From assembly GCA_977018835.1 (NCBI GenBank), contig OZ361258.1, positions 2,232,001-2,296,000 on the forward strand: a stretch of DNA of 64,000 bases. The letters are read 5' to 3'. This document shows, piece after piece, positions 59,173 to 64,000 of the stretch (position 1 is its first letter; each line of letters opens with the position of its first letter). Position numbers and translations under genes: made by a program. The notes under the pieces are model-generated. The model worked only from the letters and a program-made list of their open reading frames with translations. It was not told where the DNA came from and did not search any database. The stretch is from Minutocellus sp. GHC0000111 (taxonomy: Eukaryota).

Positions 59173-60267
59173 TCAACTCGATCGTGTCCTGGTTGATTCC
59201 GTCACCGCCAAAACATAGTCCGGCCGCATCATCTCCCCCACCTCGAGGCCCAACTTCAAGCTCTCGTCGTACACCGTCCGTATGGTATCGGGGTGATGGA
59301 GCAATGGACCAGCCGCAGACATTCGACGCTGTTCCGTACCCTCACAATGTTCTGCCTCCCGTCGGGCATGCCTCTGGCGGATCCTTTGCAACGTTTCCGC
59401 GAGGGGTGCTGCGCCGTCCTCATCGACGGCACCGTTGTTGCCGTTGGCGCTGCCACCATTGCCACCTCCCCCGGCCGCCGATGCCGCAACTCCACCAGCA
59501 CCAGCATCGCCCACCTTGGGCATGGCCCTCTGGATCCAGATCCCCCCATTGCACCCGATGAGGACATCGACCCCAATATCGGTCAGGGTGCACATGTGCT
59601 GCCTCATCCGTCGGATCAGTCCCGGCGGCACCTGGACGGCGCATCCGTTCTCGAGCTTGCCATACCGGAGGGACCGGGTGTGCAGAATCAGCGTACCGTC
59701 CGATTGGGTCACCTGCTGCACTTCCGCTGAGAGCAGGTCGCCCTCGGCGTACAGGCGCCGCATGCCGCGGGCATCCTCGGCCGTGCGGATGCGCTGCACT
59801 CCGCCGGGCAGATCGACGCCGCTGAGGGGGAGCTGGGCGTCGCGGGATATCGCACCGGAACCCGACCGGGACGACGGGGTGAGCGACACCTTCCAGCGGG
59901 TGGTGCCGACGGCCGAGATTCGTCCGATGATTAGGTCGCCAACCTGACCGGAGTAGACGGAGGAGGAGAGGGGAATGACGCTCACCAACTTGTTCACTCG
60001 CTCCACTGTTCCGGCCACCGATGCCACCAACCGCTTGGTACCGCCGCCATCATTTGCAGCATCGTGCATCTCCATGTCTTGGTCGTTGCTGATACCAGAT
60101 GCTGCTGCTGCAGATGAAGATGATACGGCCGACGATGGATCTCCGGCGATCGTTTCGATATAGGTGCCATGTCCTCGGAGGAACCCATCCGTCTCGTCGT
60201 TTTCGGACGATACGGCAATAATCTGCCCCGGCACAACGAGGTGCTTGGTCAGGGCGTCGGATGTCAT
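59173..60267 (-). CDS. RRP4: Exosome complex component RRP4, with two compensating frameshifts near the C-terminus
   Basis: GFLRGHGTY, VASVAGTVERVNKL, GDLIIGRI, LHTRSLRYGKLENG, IGCNGGIWI. The RRP4-like tail RQNIVRVRNSVECL is in an alternate frame between ~59365 and ~59291. Confidence 0.85.
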   Translation of the reverse strand: MTSDALTKHLVVPGQIIAVSSENDETDGFLRGHGTYIETIAGDPSSAVSSSSAAAASGISNDQDMEMHDAANDGGGTKRLVASVAGTVERVNKLVSVIPLSSSVYSGQVGDLIIGRISAVGTTRWKVSLTPSSRSGSGAISRDAQLPLSGVDLPGGVQRIRTAEDARGMRRLYAEGDLLSAEVQQVTQSDGTLILHTRSLRYGKLENGCAVQVPPGLIRRMRQHMCTLTDIGVDVLIGCNGGIWIQRAMPKVGDAGAGGVAASAAGGGGNGGSANGNNGAVDEDGAAPLAETLQRIRQRHARREAEHCEGTEQRRMSAAGPLLHHPDTIRTVYDESLKLGLEVGEMMRPDYVLAVTESTRTRSS

Positions 60268-60362
60268 GGTGGGCGGGGCGTAAAGGGAAAAATGAGTGGT
60301 GCTGCTTCTTCGCTTTAGAACTTCGCCGAAGCGGCGAACTCACGTCATGTCCTGCCACAAAA

Positions 60363-61634
60363 ATGAAGCATCGCTCGTGGACGAAGAAGGTGGGGGTGCT
60401 GCTGTTGCTGCTGCATACTTCGATCCATTGCGCTTGTGCATTTGTACCCATTGGGTCACAAGGCAGACGAGAAATCATGGCAGATTGGTTCGAACGCCTC
60501 GTAGGCTTCTCTGAGGATGAGTTGTCGTATGAGGAAATTCAGGCGCAATTCATCGTGGAACATGAACCATCATCACCTCGACGACGACCTCCAACTACTG
60601 CTGCTACGTCTCAACATACCGGCAGCGGACCCACCACTAGTACCATCCTCACCTCGAAAGTCAACGGACGTCGTATGGTTGCGGGAAGATTCGAGTCCGT
60701 ATCTCTAGCCCAGTTGCGAAAGAGAGTGGATGAGATCATCACCTCGAGAGATACAGGTACAAACGCAAGTACAGGTACAGCAAGCACGAGCCCATTCGCC
60801 GCCAACACGGTGCGAGAGTACGTGGGAGACATTCGCACCATCCTCAACGATCCGTCCAACGCCAGGTCCATGATTCAGGTGGCATCGCAATTCAATTGTC
60901 TCGAAATGATCGAACCGAGGGTAATTCCAGAAATGGGGATTGGCATCTACGAGAACGACCGGACGCAAGGTCCGATCTGCGCCATGGCTTGTGGTGCGGG
61001 TACCATCTACCGGAATTATTTTGTCGAGGTACCAAAAGGAGGAGGTGGTGGTGGAGTTGGTCAGACGGCCGATCGGCAGTTGGACGGATTGTATCGATTG
61101 GGGATGGAATTGGGAAATGATAATGGTAGTTTATGGACGATGCAGAATGGTTATTGCCAGGCTACGTCCAGTGGACTTGCGGCCATCAATGGTATTCTTA
61201 GAGCTGCATCAGAAGAAAAGATGGATTATTTTCGGGGCTTGCTGGAGATTGGTGCCCAATGGGATACGGAAGTGACATCTGCCACCAGCACGACCGCGAA
61301 TCCTCTCTGCATATCACAAATATTTTGTTCCGCTCTTCCGGTTTCATACGCGAGGAGATCAATTGAGAAATCGGAGTGGAAGAATTTCGCAACGTTGGTC
61401 CTGGAGGCGGCATACGAGGCCACGATATTGGCAGCAATCATCAATCGCGAGCATACGGGTTGCAATAAGTTGTGTCTGACCGCGCTTGGTGGTGGTGCCT
61501 TTGGCAATGCCGAGAAGTGGATTTTCGATTCCATGCAACGTGCGTTGGAAAGGTATAGCAACTTTGGGCTCGATATTTGCATTGTGAGCTACAGCAGGTC
61601 CAATACGCATGCTCGTAGGCTGGAAAGTCAATGA
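60363..61634 (+). CDS. Uncharacterised macrodomain/PARG-like-fold protein, possibly plastid-targeted
   Basis: DWFERLVGF, QVASQFNCLEM, YENDRTQGP and LTALGGGAFGN motifs; signal peptide plus CA-F; intronless. Confidence 0.6.
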   Translation: MKHRSWTKKVGVLLLLLHTSIHCACAFVPIGSQGRREIMADWFERLVGFSEDELSYEEIQAQFIVEHEPSSPRRRPPTTAATSQHTGSGPTTSTILTSKVNGRRMVAGRFESVSLAQLRKRVDEIITSRDTGTNASTGTASTSPFAANTVREYVGDIRTILNDPSNARSMIQVASQFNCLEMIEPRVIPEMGIGIYENDRTQGPICAMACGAGTIYRNYFVEVPKGGGGGGVGQTADRQLDGLYRLGMELGNDNGSLWTMQNGYCQATSSGLAAINGILRAASEEKMDYFRGLLEIGAQWDTEVTSATSTTANPLCISQIFCSALPVSYARRSIEKSEWKNFATLVLEAAYEATILAAIINREHTGCNKLCLTALGGGAFGNAEKWIFDSMQRALERYSNFGLDICIVSYSRSNTHARRLESQ

Positions 61635-62159
61635 TGACCGAGCGAGAATTTCACATCGTTCAATACATCACGTCAGTGACAAAGCGTGGACCATGTTATT
61701 CGCCTACGCCACCGGATGAAGTAAGGGACCGGCAGCCAACCTCGAGCTCGGCCCCGGCTAGCTCCTTAGAAAGTCCTTGGAAGACATTGCGATTGATCCG
61801 TGGCAAACTTTGAACAGAATAAAAATGCAAATCTCGAAGATCTAGCCTACTACGTATTAGCGAGGTAACACACTACGTAGTACGACGTAGAGTAAATAAT
61901 AAACTGCAATAGAGTGACGATGAACATGCATTGGCTAAACTAATGGCTACTGCCCAGTAGCTCTGTCCGTCCACTTGAGATCTATCAGCCCGCTCATACG
62001 GATGGCGGCAGACTTGGCTTTGAGGGCTTGGCCAGCGCGAGTGCGGTTGGCCGGAGGACTATCGTTGCTGCCCTCCTCATCCTTCTCGGCCTCGACCTCG
62101 ACCTCGTCCTGCTCACCCTCGGCGGTGGCGGCGTAACAATATCGATTCAAAACACCTCT

Positions 62160-63644
62160 CTATGGATCGACTGACTCCATCTTCTTGATAATAACATCCA
62201 GGAAGGATTCTTTGAACTGATCAAAAGCCTCCGGACACTCCTCTCTCAACATGCCATCGCTCAAGACTCGCTCTGCAAAACCGAGTGGAGAAGTCCTGAC
62301 TCCAACCTTTCCAGCATAAAATCCAACACCATGGCGGGTCGGGATGCCAAGGTGGTGAACATCAGCACCGGCATCGACAAGCGCGCAAAACTTCTCAGCG
62401 CGCAGCCGAAGGTACCGAAGGTCCCTCATGTTGCTCTCTTTGATGGCAGCGGTGTTAAGCAACGAGCGGGAAGACAAACGGCACATGTAGGATTCGGACA
62501 CAAACCAAAGGAGTTCGATTGCTCTGACGATTGCTTCGTGGAGAAGATTCGATGGCGATTTGTCAAAGCAGTAAACGCCATGAAGGTAAATTGGGGTGTT
62601 GACGTTCACCACAGAAAGGTTGATTGCCGTCTTGTACGCCTCTGTGTCGACCGACGACAATGCAGCGGCTCGATCCAGCACGTCCGCGACATGGTCCTCG
62701 TCGGTCATTGACAACTCCTCCACCGAAGAAAACAAGAACTCGATTGTGGCCTTGTCGCCTCTCCGCAAAGCCAGATCGAAAAGGTCTACGGCGACTGCAT
62801 CTGCATTGTACCCATAGGGCACATCGCCCAGATGACCACGACAGAATCCTGTCCACGAATTGTAGTGCGATAGCCCCACATCCATTCGCAGTTGATGCTG
62901 GATCACCTCACACAGACCGAGCTCAACGGCAATCGCTGGGTTGTTGAACACAGACGTCACCGAGCAAAGAGGTTCAAATTCTGAACAGTGCTGCTCGTAA
63001 CTCGATGGCTGGCTTCGCCATCTTAGCTTCTTCTCTTTCAATGCCATAAAGGCCGAGCGAGAAGGCGCCCTCATTTCCAAACACGCCTCCATGCCTTCCT
63101 CAGTGCACCGGTCGCGCCAATCGGTATTGACCTCCATCCACGCCACAATGTTGTCCCGACACTTTACGAAATGGTGACGGTGAGTGGACAAGCTGTCCCT
63201 GAGCTCCGGGCTGCTGTGCGGCCACTCCGCCACCGGCAGCTTCTCCTCCAGGGCACGGAGGGACCAGATGACGTACTCCTCGTTGTCCGTGAGATATTCC
63301 TGCCGGATGTAGGCGGCATCGCTGCGGTCGGCGGCGAGCATGCACAGGTCGTGCAGCGTCTTGCCGGGACTTAGGAACGACGAGACCTTGGACAGAACTT
63401 CGACGCTGGCGGCCGCACTGTCATCATCGTCACCGTCACCGTTGCCGCCGCTGCTGCTGCTGGCCGCGGCATTGGCAATGGCAAGGCGACGCATGGACAG
63501 GGACAGAGGCGGTGTTGTTGATGCCGGTGGCGTCTCCGTCACATCGGCTGCTGGAGCGGTGCTGCCGGTGCTGCCGTGAGCTCCGTCGCTGGCCGACGCC
63601 GCCGGCGGCGTGCCCTCAAAGCCGATGTCCGAGCCCGAGTCCAT
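62160..63644 (-). CDS. Hypothetical ankyrin-like repeat protein; stop may be premature
   Basis: IAVELGL, LALRRGDKATIEFL, LLHEAI, LVDAGADV, SPLGFA. The frame stays open after TAG to 61947. Confidence 0.55.
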   Translation of the reverse strand: MDSGSDIGFEGTPPAASASDGAHGSTGSTAPAADVTETPPASTTPPLSLSMRRLAIANAAASSSSGGNGDGDDDDSAAASVEVLSKVSSFLSPGKTLHDLCMLAADRSDAAYIRQEYLTDNEEYVIWSLRALEEKLPVAEWPHSSPELRDSLSTHRHHFVKCRDNIVAWMEVNTDWRDRCTEEGMEACLEMRAPSRSAFMALKEKKLRWRSQPSSYEQHCSEFEPLCSVTSVFNNPAIAVELGLCEVIQHQLRMDVGLSHYNSWTGFCRGHLGDVPYGYNADAVAVDLFDLALRRGDKATIEFLFSSVEELSMTDEDHVADVLDRAAALSSVDTEAYKTAINLSVVNVNTPIYLHGVYCFDKSPSNLLHEAIVRAIELLWFVSESYMCRLSSRSLLNTAAIKESNMRDLRYLRLRAEKFCALVDAGADVHHLGIPTRHGVGFYAGKVGVRTSPLGFAERVLSDGMLREECPEAFDQFKESFLDVIIKKMESVDP

Positions 63645-64000
63645 GCTCTTGGGCCTATCGTACCGATCAACTGGGAGAAAGAAGGAGTTGCCTCCCCGGG
63701 CCAACAGACAGCATAGCATCGGCCATCTCGATCTGCTCCCTTTGGCTTTTGCAAGCCCCATCGGGAATTATTTCTGATACGTATAAATGACGTGTCAATG
63801 CCGGCAGGCTCAGGCGTAGGCATTGCATGGCAGGCGGCGTCTCGCAGCAGCCGCCGAGAGGTCATCCTGAAAGCTTCGTTCTGGTTCCGTTGTTGGAAGC
63901 ATCTACCAGGACTTGTATTCAAGGAGCGTCCCAAGCTCCATCTCTGCCCATCAAGCATATTTCTTTGGTGAATTGAATTGCCCATCAGGACGATCTAGAT

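Noticed and set aside
7830..62162. Stop-codon reassignment or programmed read-through explaining the in-frame stops
   Set aside because: The internal stops are of all three types (TAG, TGA, TAA), and all three also end intact genes in this window.
1..64000. tRNA, rRNA or prokaryote-type operon/defence system
   Set aside because: No RNA gene was recognised by eye; the genes are spliced eukaryotic loci without functional clustering of that kind.

Overview
Gene-dense eukaryotic nuclear DNA with short GT-AG introns. It is most likely from a diatom or related stramenopile, based on signal peptide + 'A-F' bipartite plastid presequences, a nuclear psb28 and a diatom-type cyclin; this is an inference and the species cannot be determined. 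About 30 protein-coding loci are recognisable, plus a Tc1/mariner-superfamily (DD38D) transposon with a second convergent gene at ~34.5-38.1 kb. The most striking property is that roughly half of the loci carry apparent disabling lesions: frameshifts, in-frame stops of all three types, a lost splice acceptor, a 9-bp duplication inside a Walker A motif, a large in-frame deletion and truncations at the transposon junctions. These loci are interspersed with fully intact genes. This suggests a decaying duplicate or haplotype, although some single-base indels could be assembly errors. Other notable items are a cell-surface protein with seven tandem Tudor/SH3-like repeats, a head-to-head pair of putative thylakoid transporters, a tandem NDUFA5 paralog, and clusters of CTAG/TACGTA/AGATCT palindromes in most intergenic spacers. 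All product calls come from motif recognition by eye; no database search was run.
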